A stretch of 64,000 nt of DNA from Candidatus Multivoradales bacterium (GTDB lineage Bacteria; Acidobacteriota; Thermoanaerobaculia; Multivoradales; JAHEKO01): assembly GCA_965223155.1 (NCBI GenBank), contig CBDCVR010000014.1, positions 672,001-736,000 of the forward strand. The letters run 5' to 3'. The notes beneath the pieces were generated by a model. That model searched no databases. It worked only from the letters and a program-made list of their open reading frames with translations, and was not told the DNA's origin. Each line of letters begins with the position of its first letter. The stretch's first letter is position 1. Below, piece after piece: positions 18,870 to 27,863 of the stretch. A program made the position numbers and the translations under genes.

Positions 18870-20213
18870 ATGCCCGGCCGCCAGCTTGCTCAGCACCCCC
18901 GCTACGAACGAGGCGCCTTGGCCCCCCCGGGGCCCTCGTGGTGTCTGCTTCCCTACCTGGCAGCCTTCCTCATCTGCTTGGCGTGCTCCCCGGCGCCGAC
19001 GACGATCGAGGCCCCTAGTGCGACGGACCTGGCCGGGGTCTGGCGCGGAGTCCTCGAATCCCCCGGAGGCGAGCTGCCCTTCGCACTCGAGGTCGTCCAG
19101 CGAAGCGAGGGACTGGCAGCCGTGGTCAGCAACGGCGAGGAGCGGGCACCAGTCAGCTCGGTCACGATGGCCGGCCGATCGGTGCGATTCGCCTTCGCCG
19201 GCTACGACGCCGTTCTCGAGGCGGAGTTGGACGGGGCGGGAGCCACCATGAGCGGCACCTGGAGCAAACTCAAGCCCGAAGGGTACTCCCGCCTCCCGTT
19301 TCGCGCCGCCAAGGGCCAAGCTCACCGCTTCGGGCCGGACCCGGAGCCGGAAGGGTCCGAGACCCCTCCCGTGGACTTCAGCGGCATCTGGGCCGTGACC
19401 TTTCGGGACTCAGACGGCGAGGATCCTGCCCGCGGCGAGTTTCGCCAAGACGGAAACCGAGTCCTCGGCACCTTTCTGACGCCCACCGGCGACTACCGGT
19501 ACCTGGACGGCCGAGCCGACGGGCCGCGCCTACGGTTATCGACCTTCGATGGGGCTCACGCCTTCCTGTTCGACGCCAGGCTGGGCGAGGACGGGACCCT
19601 GGCGGGTGATTTCTGGTCGCGCGATTCCTACCACGCGACCTGGATCGCCCGGCGCATACCGTCTGAAGAGACCGTCTTGCCGGACGCTTGGAGCCTGGTG
19701 GGACTGACCAACGACGAAGGCCGCTTCCGATTCTCGTTCCCGGATCTCGAGGGCCAGCCTCTGTCCCTCGAGGATCCCCGCTTCGCCGGCAAGGTCGTGC
19801 TGGTCAATCTATTCGGAACCTGGTGCCCAAACTGCAACGACAAGGCTCCGCTTCTGGGCGAGTGGTACCGCGGCTACCGAGACCGCGGCCTCGAGATCGT
19901 GGGCCTGGCGTACGAGTACACGGGCGATTCCGTCCGGGACGGCCGGCAGGTGCGCCGCTTCGCCGAGCGGCACGGCATCGACTACCCGCTGCTCCTGGCG
20001 GGCCTGTCGGACAAGGCCCAGGCCGCCGCGACGCTGGCCGATCTGGATCGAGTGGTGGCCTTCCCTACCACGGTCTTCATCGGCCGGGACGGCCGCGTCC
20101 GCCGCATCCACAGCGGCTTTTCGGGTCCGGGCACCGGCGAGCACTACTTGCGGCTGAAGGCCGAGCTCGAGGCCACGATCGAAGAGCTGCTGGCCGAAAG
20201 CGCTCCGGCATAG
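18870..20213 (+). CDS. TlpA-like thioredoxin/redoxin family lipoprotein
   Basis: GKVVLVNLFGTWCPNC and AFPTTVFIGRDG; lipobox-like CLAC. Confidence 0.85.
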   Translation: MPGRQLAQHPRYERGALAPPGPSWCLLPYLAAFLICLACSPAPTTIEAPSATDLAGVWRGVLESPGGELPFALEVVQRSEGLAAVVSNGEERAPVSSVTMAGRSVRFAFAGYDAVLEAELDGAGATMSGTWSKLKPEGYSRLPFRAAKGQAHRFGPDPEPEGSETPPVDFSGIWAVTFRDSDGEDPARGEFRQDGNRVLGTFLTPTGDYRYLDGRADGPRLRLSTFDGAHAFLFDARLGEDGTLAGDFWSRDSYHATWIARRIPSEETVLPDAWSLVGLTNDEGRFRFSFPDLEGQPLSLEDPRFAGKVVLVNLFGTWCPNCNDKAPLLGEWYRGYRDRGLEIVGLAYEYTGDSVRDGRQVRRFAERHGIDYPLLLAGLSDKAQAAATLADLDRVVAFPTTVFIGRDGRVRRIHSGFSGPGTGEHYLRLKAELEATIEELLAESAPA

Positions 20214-20309
20214 TCCGATTGCGGCGGGCTCGTCTGCTTGCCGCACGGCCTTCGCGGCGACAGGCCGCTCGGCAACGTGCGGCCTTGCGGGAGCAGGCGG
20301 TGAGACCAG

Positions 20310-23300
20310 CTAGCGATAGTACCCGGCCAAGGTACGCGCCCGGTGGCGCCCACCCCGCACCTCGACCCGCACGTCGCGCCAGCGGTCGTCGCCGCTCTCG
20401 CGTACGTAGTAGCCGAGCAGGTACTGGCTCCTCAGCTCGCGGTTGATGTCCGCGTAGATCCCGTCCAAGTCCTCCCCGACTCGAGTCAGAAAGACCCGGC
20501 CGCCAACCGAGCGCACCAGGCCTTCGAGCCGGTTCATGAACCCCCGGTTGGTCAGCCCCTTGCCCTGGGTGCGGAAGATCTCGTCGTTCGAGACGATGAC
20601 GTAGACCGGCACGCCGACCCGGCGGGCGAAGCGAAGGCAGGTCTTGTACGAGAAGTCCGGGTCCTCGTCGGCGCCGTCCGAATAGACGATCAGCGCCTTC
20701 TTGCCCGGCACCCCCTGGAGCTGGACCAGCGAATAGACGATGCCCTTCCAAATCTCGGTCTTGCCCTCCGGCTCCAACCGCCCAAGCGAGCGCTCGACGC
20801 CGGACAGATCCCGGCTGGTGTCGTGGACAAGCTCCGGACCGCCGCCGAATCGCACCACGAATGCCCGATCCTGCGGCGCGCTGAGCGCCTGGACGAACCC
20901 GGCCGCGGCGCGCTGGACGTCCGGAAGCTTGACGAACATGGAGGCCGACGAGTCCACCGCCAGACCGACGGTCAGCGGCAGGTCCCCGGCCTCGGAAAAC
21001 GTCGCGACCTCCTGCTCGACTCCATCTTCGAAGACCCGGAATCGATCGGCGGCGAGCCCGGTGACCGGACGGCCTCGACCGTCGGTGACCACGGTGTAGA
21101 GCTCGATCAGCTCGACCCGGACCCGCTCGCTGCCGCCGGGGCTGTTGACGAAGAGCACGTCTTCAGTCTGGGAGCCGTCCCGCAGAGTGGCGACCACCCG
21201 AAAGAAACCGGAGGGGCCGTCCTGGGGCAGTACGTAGCGCTGCGCGTACGGCGGCGCGAAGCGGGTCGCGAACCGGGACTCGTTCCAGAAAAACTCCGCC
21301 CGCTCCATCTCGGCGCCGCGCGGCATCTCGATCGAGGCTCGCACTTCGACCGCGCCGGTCAGCGGCGCCCCGGGCCGGCCGGCCTCGGAGGGACTCACGA
21401 TACGCACGCGGAATGTGCCTGTGCCGGCGTTCAGGATGAGGCGGTCGCGGCCTAGCTCCCCTCCCGCCGCGTCAAAGGCCACGGCCTCGACCCGCCGCCG
21501 CTCCGGATAGCGGCCCAGCACCACCGACACCGAATAGGGCGGCGAGCTCCGGGTTTCCTCGAGCTCTCCGTCCAGAAAGAACTCCACCCGGGCCACGTCC
21601 GGGGACAGCACGGTATCGACGCGCGTCCGGCCCACGGCCAGGGGCTCGCGCGGCGCCAGGAGATGGATCGCTCGCGGAGCCGGCAGAAAGCCGCCAAAGG
21701 CGCCGTCCCCGGCGGCGTCGGAAACCAGGCTCGCGAAGTTCCCGCCCCAGCGCCCGGTAGCCGGATCCTCGACAATGACCAGAAGCGGCATGTCCGGATC
21801 GACTCCGGTGAGACCGGCCGGCAAGGGGAGCTCGAACGTGCCGCTTAAGGCGCCTGGCAGCGCGACCGCAATGCGCTCGGCCACGACCCGATCCTCGAAC
21901 ACCGCGACCGCGGTGGCGTTCAACCGCTCCAGCACGCGCGGCTCGGTCGCGCCGGCCTCGGCGGCGACCGCCACCTCGAGTCCTCCGACCTGCTCGGGTT
22001 CCGCCGCGGTCCCTGGAATGGCGGAGGCCGGCGCCAACGTGGCCTCGACCAGCAGGCCGCCATCCCCCAGATCACCATCCAAGAGGCTCCGGGCGCGAAG
22101 CTCGGCAACGAGGGGCGGCGAGCCCAAGCTCAGCCAGCGCTCAAACGGGCCGGACTCGGCATCGTGGACTTGAAGTCGGAGCGGCCGGCTCCAGACCTCG
22201 ACCGCCGTCTTGCCATCCAGCTCCACGGTACCCCGAGCCCTGCCCGCTACCGTGGCCACCGCCTCGGTCAGGGCTGCCTGGCTGTCGACGACCAGGCCGG
22301 CGGAGGGTCGCACCAGCTCTCCGGCCGCTCCGGCGGCATCGGCAAGCGCCGCCTCCGGCAAGCGCTCGCCCTTCTTGCCGAGGCGCTTCTTGAGCGCTTT
22401 CAGCACGTCAAAATCGGGCGTGAAGATCGTCCGATCGACCCGCCGCCCCCCTTCGAACACGGTCTCGACCCGCGCTCCACCTTCCTCCTCCTCGCCGGCC
22501 TCGGGCAACTCACGCTCACCCTCGGGCCGAAACGCAACCACCGTCCATCCCAAGGTCGAAAGCGCCCGCGAAACGTCTTCGATGGTCACCTCGAGCGGCC
22601 CTCTGGCCGTCGTGTCCACCGCCTCGTCGAGATCAACGGCCTCGAGCAGGCGCCGGTAGAAGCCCGCCGGATCAGGATCCAGATCCCCCCCGAGCCAGAT
22701 CAGGACGTTGCGCTCGAAACCGGCCCCGGCGCCGGCGTCCGCCGCCCACGCCACCAGCTGGCGGAGCTGAGAGCCGAGGAGCTCTCGCTCCTCGGCGACC
22801 GCCTCCCGAGCCAGCTCGCCGATCTCGGCAATTCTGCTCCCAGCGGTCGCCGAGACCAGGAAATGCTCGCTGTCGGCCGCTTCCTCCAACCGAGCCTCTT
22901 CCAGAAAGCGCTCCCGGATCGCCACTTGCCCGCCGTCGCCGGCCTGCCGGTGACTCATGAACTCCAAGGCCTCCCGGAGCCCCCGAGCGTCCGAGGAGTC
23001 GGCGATCGCTGTAACGACGCTTTCCTCGGCGGTGACGACACCCACCGGACCGTGGGCAACCAGGCCGTCGGCGGCCGCCGCCAGGACCCTGAGCCCGTTT
23101 CGAATCTGAAGCGAAGGTGTCAACCGACGATCCAGGTAGACCACGGTACGCACCGGAATCGGGCCGGCTTCGACGTCCCGCACCTCGACCGGACGTCCGG
23201 CCACCGTCGCCACGGGCGTCTCCCCTGCCACGAGCGCCGGCAGGTCGACACGAAGCGACTCGGCGCCGAGAGGCACGCCGACGAGCTGTACCGCGAGGAG

Positions 23301-23321
23301 AAGCCAGAGACCGGCCCGCAC
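20310..23321 (-). CDS. Large secreted VWA-domain protein (degenerate N-terminal VWA, Ig-like domains, C-terminal acidobacterial-type VWA)
   Basis: VELIELYTVVTDGRGRPVTGL, FEDGVEQ, MIDAS VDSSAS, LIVYSDG and ELRSQYLLGY; GTG start 1 nt from the upstream stop. Confidence 0.8.
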   Translation of the reverse strand: MRAGLWLLLAVQLVGVPLGAESLRVDLPALVAGETPVATVAGRPVEVRDVEAGPIPVRTVVYLDRRLTPSLQIRNGLRVLAAAADGLVAHGPVGVVTAEESVVTAIADSSDARGLREALEFMSHRQAGDGGQVAIRERFLEEARLEEAADSEHFLVSATAGSRIAEIGELAREAVAEERELLGSQLRQLVAWAADAGAGAGFERNVLIWLGGDLDPDPAGFYRRLLEAVDLDEAVDTTARGPLEVTIEDVSRALSTLGWTVVAFRPEGERELPEAGEEEEGGARVETVFEGGRRVDRTIFTPDFDVLKALKKRLGKKGERLPEAALADAAGAAGELVRPSAGLVVDSQAALTEAVATVAGRARGTVELDGKTAVEVWSRPLRLQVHDAESGPFERWLSLGSPPLVAELRARSLLDGDLGDGGLLVEATLAPASAIPGTAAEPEQVGGLEVAVAAEAGATEPRVLERLNATAVAVFEDRVVAERIAVALPGALSGTFELPLPAGLTGVDPDMPLLVIVEDPATGRWGGNFASLVSDAAGDGAFGGFLPAPRAIHLLAPREPLAVGRTRVDTVLSPDVARVEFFLDGELEETRSSPPYSVSVVLGRYPERRRVEAVAFDAAGGELGRDRLILNAGTGTFRVRIVSPSEAGRPGAPLTGAVEVRASIEMPRGAEMERAEFFWNESRFATRFAPPYAQRYVLPQDGPSGFFRVVATLRDGSQTEDVLFVNSPGGSERVRVELIELYTVVTDGRGRPVTGLAADRFRVFEDGVEQEVATFSEAGDLPLTVGLAVDSSASMFVKLPDVQRAAAGFVQALSAPQDRAFVVRFGGGPELVHDTSRDLSGVERSLGRLEPEGKTEIWKGIVYSLVQLQGVPGKKALIVYSDGADEDPDFSYKTCLRFARRVGVPVYVIVSNDEIFRTQGKGLTNRGFMNRLEGLVRSVGGRVFLTRVGEDLDGIYADINRELRSQYLLGYYVRESGDDRWRDVRVEVRGGRHRARTLAGYYR

Positions 23322-23322
23322 G

Positions 23323-26214
23323 CTAGCGGCTCCGGCGCACCGCCACCCGGTTGCGGCCACCCTTCTTGGCGTCGTAGAGGGCGCTATCCGAGCGCTCGAA
23401 GAGCTCACTCGCCAAAGCGTTGTCGTCGGACGCCAGCGTGGCGACGCCGGCGCTGACGGTGACGCAGCGCGCTACCGACGACGCTTCGTTGGGAATCTCG
23501 AGCTCCTCGACCCGTACCCGGATGCGTTCGGCCAGCTCGATGGCTTGGGCTTCGCTCACCTCGGGCAAAAGCACTGCAAACTCCTCGCCACCGTAGCGGG
23601 CGACGATTTCGCCGCCGCGGCGGGCCGCCTGCCGAAGCGTGCGCGCGATGGCTCGCAGGCAGTCATCTCCCGCGGCGTGGCCGTAGGTGTCATTGAAGCC
23701 CTTGAAGAAGTCGACGTCGACCAGGATCAACGACAGGCCACGCTGCTGGCGGCGAGCACGGCCGAACTCCTTGCGCAGGGCCTCCTGGAAGTAGCGATAG
23801 TTGGCAAGACCGGTCAGCTCGTCGAGCGTGACCAAATTCTCGAGGGTGTCGTTGACTCGCTCCAACTCACGGGTGCGCTCGGCCACAGTGGTCTCGAGCA
23901 GCACTTGCTGGCGACGGAGCTCCCGGGCTCGAATCCGAAACAGCCCGAACGTGGCCGCCGCGGCTACCAGAATCAGACCAGGAAGGAACCAGGCACGTTG
24001 GAATAGGAAGGGCGCGATCGAGAATGCGAAGGTCGAACCGTCCTCTTCCCAGACCCCGTTCTCGGCGGCTGCCTGGACACGAAATCGGTAGTCTCCCGGA
24101 TCCAGGTTGGTAAAGAAGGCCTGCCGGCGGGTCCCGGCTTCGACCCAATCGTCCTCGAAGCCTTCCAACCGGTACCGGAAGCGCACGTCGGCGGGCGAGA
24201 GGAAGGTCGGCGCGGTGTAGCGGAGCTCCAGGCTGCGGCTCCCAGCGGGGAGCGCTGCGCCCGTGGCCGCCACCGGCAGTCCGTCCGCGACCACCCGATC
24301 GATGACGGAATGGGGCGACTCTCGAGGAGCCTGCAGAGCCGCCGGGTCCAGCAGGACGACGCCACCGGTAGTGGCGAAAGCGAGCCGGCCATCGTCCATC
24401 GCCCAGCCCGACGGTTGCGTGCCACCGTTGCACTCCCGGTTCGCCATACCTTCCGTTTCGGTGAGATGCAGATCGAGACGCGCTTGCGCCGTCTGGCTGC
24501 CGTCGAGCCCGGCGGGGCGCACCCGCCAGATTCCCTGCGGCGTACACGCCCAGAGAGCACCGTGCCGGTCGGGCAAGATCTGGTACACCGCCATGTCCGC
24601 GAGCATCGACAGCTCAGGACCCGGCGCTTCGACCGACTCATCCCGGAGCCGGACCAGGCCCGCGGCGGTCGCCAGCCAGACCGTCCCGTCCGGCGACGAA
24701 TGGAGGCTCAGGATAAAGTCGTGCGGCAGCCCATCCGCCACCGAGAGCCGGCGGGCCACGTCCTCACCGAGTAGATACAAACCGGTCTCGGTGCCGACCC
24801 AGAGCGTGTCGTCGATCTGCCGGACGGCCCGCACCCGCAAGCCCCGGGGCAGCCCGTCAATGGCCTCGAAGATACCTCCGCGCCAGCGCACCAGGCCCGC
24901 GGCGGTCCCCACCAGGACAGTCCCATCCCGGCAGGGCTCGAGCACATTGATGCGTCCCGAGGGAAGACCGTCGCGCTCATCGAAGCGCCGGACGCTGCCG
25001 TCCAGGCTGCGTACCAAGCCGCGGTCGGTGCCGATCCAGAAAGCGCCGTCCGAGCCAAAGACGGTACTGCGCACGTTAGCGCTCGGATCCAGATCCAGGC
25101 CCGTTCGATGCAAGCTACGCCCGGACAACCGGTGCAGGCCGGAGCGATCCGAGCCCAGCCACAGATCGCCGTCCGTGCCCTGGGTAATGGTGCGTACCGA
25201 TAGCAGATCTCCGGCCGGGCGCACCGTGGTGACGTCCCCGGTCTTGAGTTGCAGCAGGCCCCGCCGCGAGCCCGCCCAAAGGTTTCCCTGCCGGTCCTCG
25301 AAGAGCGACCAGACCGCTTGCCGGGCGTTCGACTCGAGGCGCCGGATCTGGCTGCCATCCCAGCGGTAGATGCCGGCGTCGGCACCGATCCAGACGGATC
25401 CGAAGCGGTCGATTCGAAGAGCGTTGATGGCGCCCGGACGGCTGCCGGCGACCACGCCTACCTCAGACCACTCCTCGCCAATACGGCAGTAGACCGCGCC
25501 GTCTTCGGTGCCGGCGCACAGCTCGTCCTCGGGGCCCACGGCAACACTTCGCACCAGCCGTCCCGCCAGCTTACCGACCGGCTCGACACGAACGGCAGCG
25601 GCATCGCCGGAGCCGGGAACCCGCACCAGGCCTTTGCCGGTAGCGGCCCAGAGCGAGCCGCTCGAATCCTCCACGATCGAACGGACAAAAAGGTCCTCGA
25701 AACCGGTCTCGGTACCAAAGACTCGGAGCTCTTCCCCTCGCAATCGCACCAAGCCGCCACCGTAGGTGCCGATCCAGAGCGCGCCGCTCGAATCTACCCG
25801 GAGGGAGCGCACGTAGTCGACCGGCAGGCCGTCCTCCGTCGTCCAGACCCTGGCCTGGCCGCTTTCGAGACGGACCAAGCCGGTGCGGGTACCGATCCAA
25901 AGACCTCCGGCCGGATCGGCCGCCAGCGCGGTGATGAAGTGATCGGTCAGCCAGTCCATCGAGGCTCGGTCGTAGACCGAGAATCCGACCCCGTCGAAGC
26001 GGACGAGTCCCGCCCGCGTGCCGATGAAGAGAAACCCGTCGATATCCTGGTCCAGAGCCAGCGCGCCGTTCTGGGGCATGCCGTCAGCCACGGTCCAGAG
26101 CCGCTCAACGTACTGCTCGAGCTCCAGCGGGCCTTGGAAGGCAACCGCCCCGGCCACGGCCGAAGCCCAGCCCGCAAGCAGAACGAGGCCTATTCGTGAC
26201 GCCAGATTAACCAA
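23323..26214 (-). CDS. Diguanylate cyclase with periplasmic two-component-regulator beta-propeller and Y_Y_Y domain
   Basis: Repeated DxxGxLWIGT propeller motifs; FRYRLEG...NLDPGDYRFRV; DELTGLAN, DVDFFK..NDTYGH and RYGGEEF. Confidence 0.9.
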   Translation of the reverse strand: MVNLASRIGLVLLAGWASAVAGAVAFQGPLELEQYVERLWTVADGMPQNGALALDQDIDGFLFIGTRAGLVRFDGVGFSVYDRASMDWLTDHFITALAADPAGGLWIGTRTGLVRLESGQARVWTTEDGLPVDYVRSLRVDSSGALWIGTYGGGLVRLRGEELRVFGTETGFEDLFVRSIVEDSSGSLWAATGKGLVRVPGSGDAAAVRVEPVGKLAGRLVRSVAVGPEDELCAGTEDGAVYCRIGEEWSEVGVVAGSRPGAINALRIDRFGSVWIGADAGIYRWDGSQIRRLESNARQAVWSLFEDRQGNLWAGSRRGLLQLKTGDVTTVRPAGDLLSVRTITQGTDGDLWLGSDRSGLHRLSGRSLHRTGLDLDPSANVRSTVFGSDGAFWIGTDRGLVRSLDGSVRRFDERDGLPSGRINVLEPCRDGTVLVGTAAGLVRWRGGIFEAIDGLPRGLRVRAVRQIDDTLWVGTETGLYLLGEDVARRLSVADGLPHDFILSLHSSPDGTVWLATAAGLVRLRDESVEAPGPELSMLADMAVYQILPDRHGALWACTPQGIWRVRPAGLDGSQTAQARLDLHLTETEGMANRECNGGTQPSGWAMDDGRLAFATTGGVVLLDPAALQAPRESPHSVIDRVVADGLPVAATGAALPAGSRSLELRYTAPTFLSPADVRFRYRLEGFEDDWVEAGTRRQAFFTNLDPGDYRFRVQAAAENGVWEEDGSTFAFSIAPFLFQRAWFLPGLILVAAAATFGLFRIRARELRRQQVLLETTVAERTRELERVNDTLENLVTLDELTGLANYRYFQEALRKEFGRARRQQRGLSLILVDVDFFKGFNDTYGHAAGDDCLRAIARTLRQAARRGGEIVARYGGEEFAVLLPEVSEAQAIELAERIRVRVEELEIPNEASSVARCVTVSAGVATLASDDNALASELFERSDSALYDAKKGGRNRVAVRRSR

Positions 26215-26361
26215 TTCGTTACCGAGAAAGACTCAAACTTTGGCGGACTTGCCATGATACGCTTGAGGACCGAGCGTCTCTCGAGGGACCGGCGCCGATT
26301 CTAGAGCATTCCGACGGCAGGTTACCCCGCCGTCCAATTTCTTCCCGGAGGGAACACCAAA

Positions 26362-26970
26362 ATGGACAGTATTTTCGACCTCGTCCTCTCCCAGCTTGGC
26401 TCCAGCCAGATGGGCGAGATCCAGCGCCAGCTGGGCGTCGACCGAAGCACCGCCGAAAAAGCAGTACCGGCCGCCATGGGCGCTTTGTTTGGCGCCCTGG
26501 CCCGCAACAGCTCACAAAGCTCCGGCGCAGAGGCTCTTTTCGGAGCGTTGACCCGCGACCACGACGGCAGCATCCTGGAAGACCTCATGGGGCAGATCGT
26601 GAAGCCCCAGGAGAGCATCGGCAACGGCATTCTGAAGCACGTCTTGGGCGGAAAGCGGAACGCCGTGGAAGGCCATCTGGGCCAATCCCTCGGCCTCCAG
26701 CCGCAGCAGATCGGCAAGCTCCTGACCATGCTCGCGCCGATCGTCCTCGGCGCCTTGGGCCGAACCCAGCGCCAGAAGCAGCTGGATCCTGGCGGTCTGC
26801 GCGACCTGCTGGGCCGCGAGCGGGCCGGCATCGGCCAGCGGGTTCCGGCGGGTTCGGGAATGGGCGGCTTGGGCAGCCTGCTGGACCGGGACGGCGACGG
26901 CGAAGTCGCCGACGACATCGCCGCGACCGTGGGCAAGAGCCTGCTCAAGAACCTGTTCAAGAGACGCTAA
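26362..26970 (+). CDS. DUF937 domain protein
   Basis: GGAGG SD; AVPAAMGAL, DHDGSIL, GILKHVLG and LDRDGDGEVADD. Confidence 0.8.
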   Translation: MDSIFDLVLSQLGSSQMGEIQRQLGVDRSTAEKAVPAAMGALFGALARNSSQSSGAEALFGALTRDHDGSILEDLMGQIVKPQESIGNGILKHVLGGKRNAVEGHLGQSLGLQPQQIGKLLTMLAPIVLGALGRTQRQKQLDPGGLRDLLGRERAGIGQRVPAGSGMGGLGSLLDRDGDGEVADDIAATVGKSLLKNLFKRR

Positions 26971-27000
26971 TTCACCCCAATACTCTGAAAGGAGAGATTC

Positions 27001-27507
27001 ATGGGACTGATTGATTTTGTAAAGAGCGCCGGCGCGAAGATCTTCGGCGGCGGTGACGACGACAAGCAGGAGAGCGGATCGCTCACGCGCGAGTACAGCG
27101 CTGCCGAGATCGAGGCCGCCAACGAGCGGCGCATCGCCGCCTACTGCGTCCGGATCATCCAGGGTCTCGGCTTCGAGGTCGAAGACCTGGCGGTCAAGGT
27201 CGACGACGGCGTCGCCACGGTTAGCGGCAAGGTCGCCAACCAGGAGACCCGCGAGAAGATCGTCCTGGCTGTGGGCAACACTCAGGGCATCGGGCAGGTC
27301 GATGACCAGCTCGAGGTCGAGGCCACCGAGCCGGAAGCCACCTACTACACCGTCGAGAGCGGCGACTCACTCTCCAAGATCGCCAAGGAACACTATGGCA
27401 ACGCCATGAAGTACCCGGTGATCTTCGAGGCCAACAAGCCGATGCTGGAGGACCCCGACAAGATCTATCCGGGTCAGGTCCTGCGCATTCCGCCGCTGGC
27501 CGACTGA
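27001..27507 (+). CDS. BON-LysM protein (Kbp/YgaU-like)
   Basis: MGLIDFVKSAGAKIF; BON domain; YYTVESGDSLSKIAK.HYGNAMKYPVIFEANKPML.DPDKIYPGQVLRIP. Confidence 0.9.
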   Translation: MGLIDFVKSAGAKIFGGGDDDKQESGSLTREYSAAEIEAANERRIAAYCVRIIQGLGFEVEDLAVKVDDGVATVSGKVANQETREKIVLAVGNTQGIGQVDDQLEVEATEPEATYYTVESGDSLSKIAKEHYGNAMKYPVIFEANKPMLEDPDKIYPGQVLRIPPLAD

Positions 27508-27534
27508 GCGGCGCAAGTCATCACGTCGGAAACG

Positions 27535-27568
27535 AGGCCGGAGCGAAAGCTCCGGCCTTTTCTTTTTT
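27535..27568 (+). terminator. Rho-independent terminator
   Basis: AGGCCGGAGC-GAAA-GCTCCGGCCT followed by TTTCTTTTTT. Confidence 0.85.
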
Positions 27569-27597
27569 CTGGCGCGCGCTGGCGGCTTCGGACGGCC

Positions 27598-27822
27598 TTA
27601 GCCGGCGTCGAGGTCGCGCAATCGCTCGACCAGGCGCTCGACCCGCCGCCGGATCTCTCGGCGCTCCTCGGCCCGAGCCGCCTCGGCCTCACCGGCGGCT
27701 CTTTCGATCTGCCTTTCGAGCTTCCGCACCCTGGCCGCCAGGTTCCGGTTGGAACGGCTGAGCTCCGTGCGCTCCGCCAGCAACCGTTCGACCTGGTCTT
27801 TCAGATGGTCCAGCCAGTCCAT
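27598..27822 (-). CDS. ZapB-like coiled-coil protein
   Basis: 74-aa coiled coil ending EERREIRRRVERLVERL; directly downstream of pheT; GGAGAGG SD. Confidence 0.6.
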   Translation of the reverse strand: MDWLDHLKDQVERLLAERTELSRSNRNLAARVRKLERQIERAAGEAEAARAEERREIRRRVERLVERLRDLDAG

Positions 27823-27863
27823 GTCCTCTCCTCCGGCCCTCGGGCCTCGGTGACGCCCCGACT

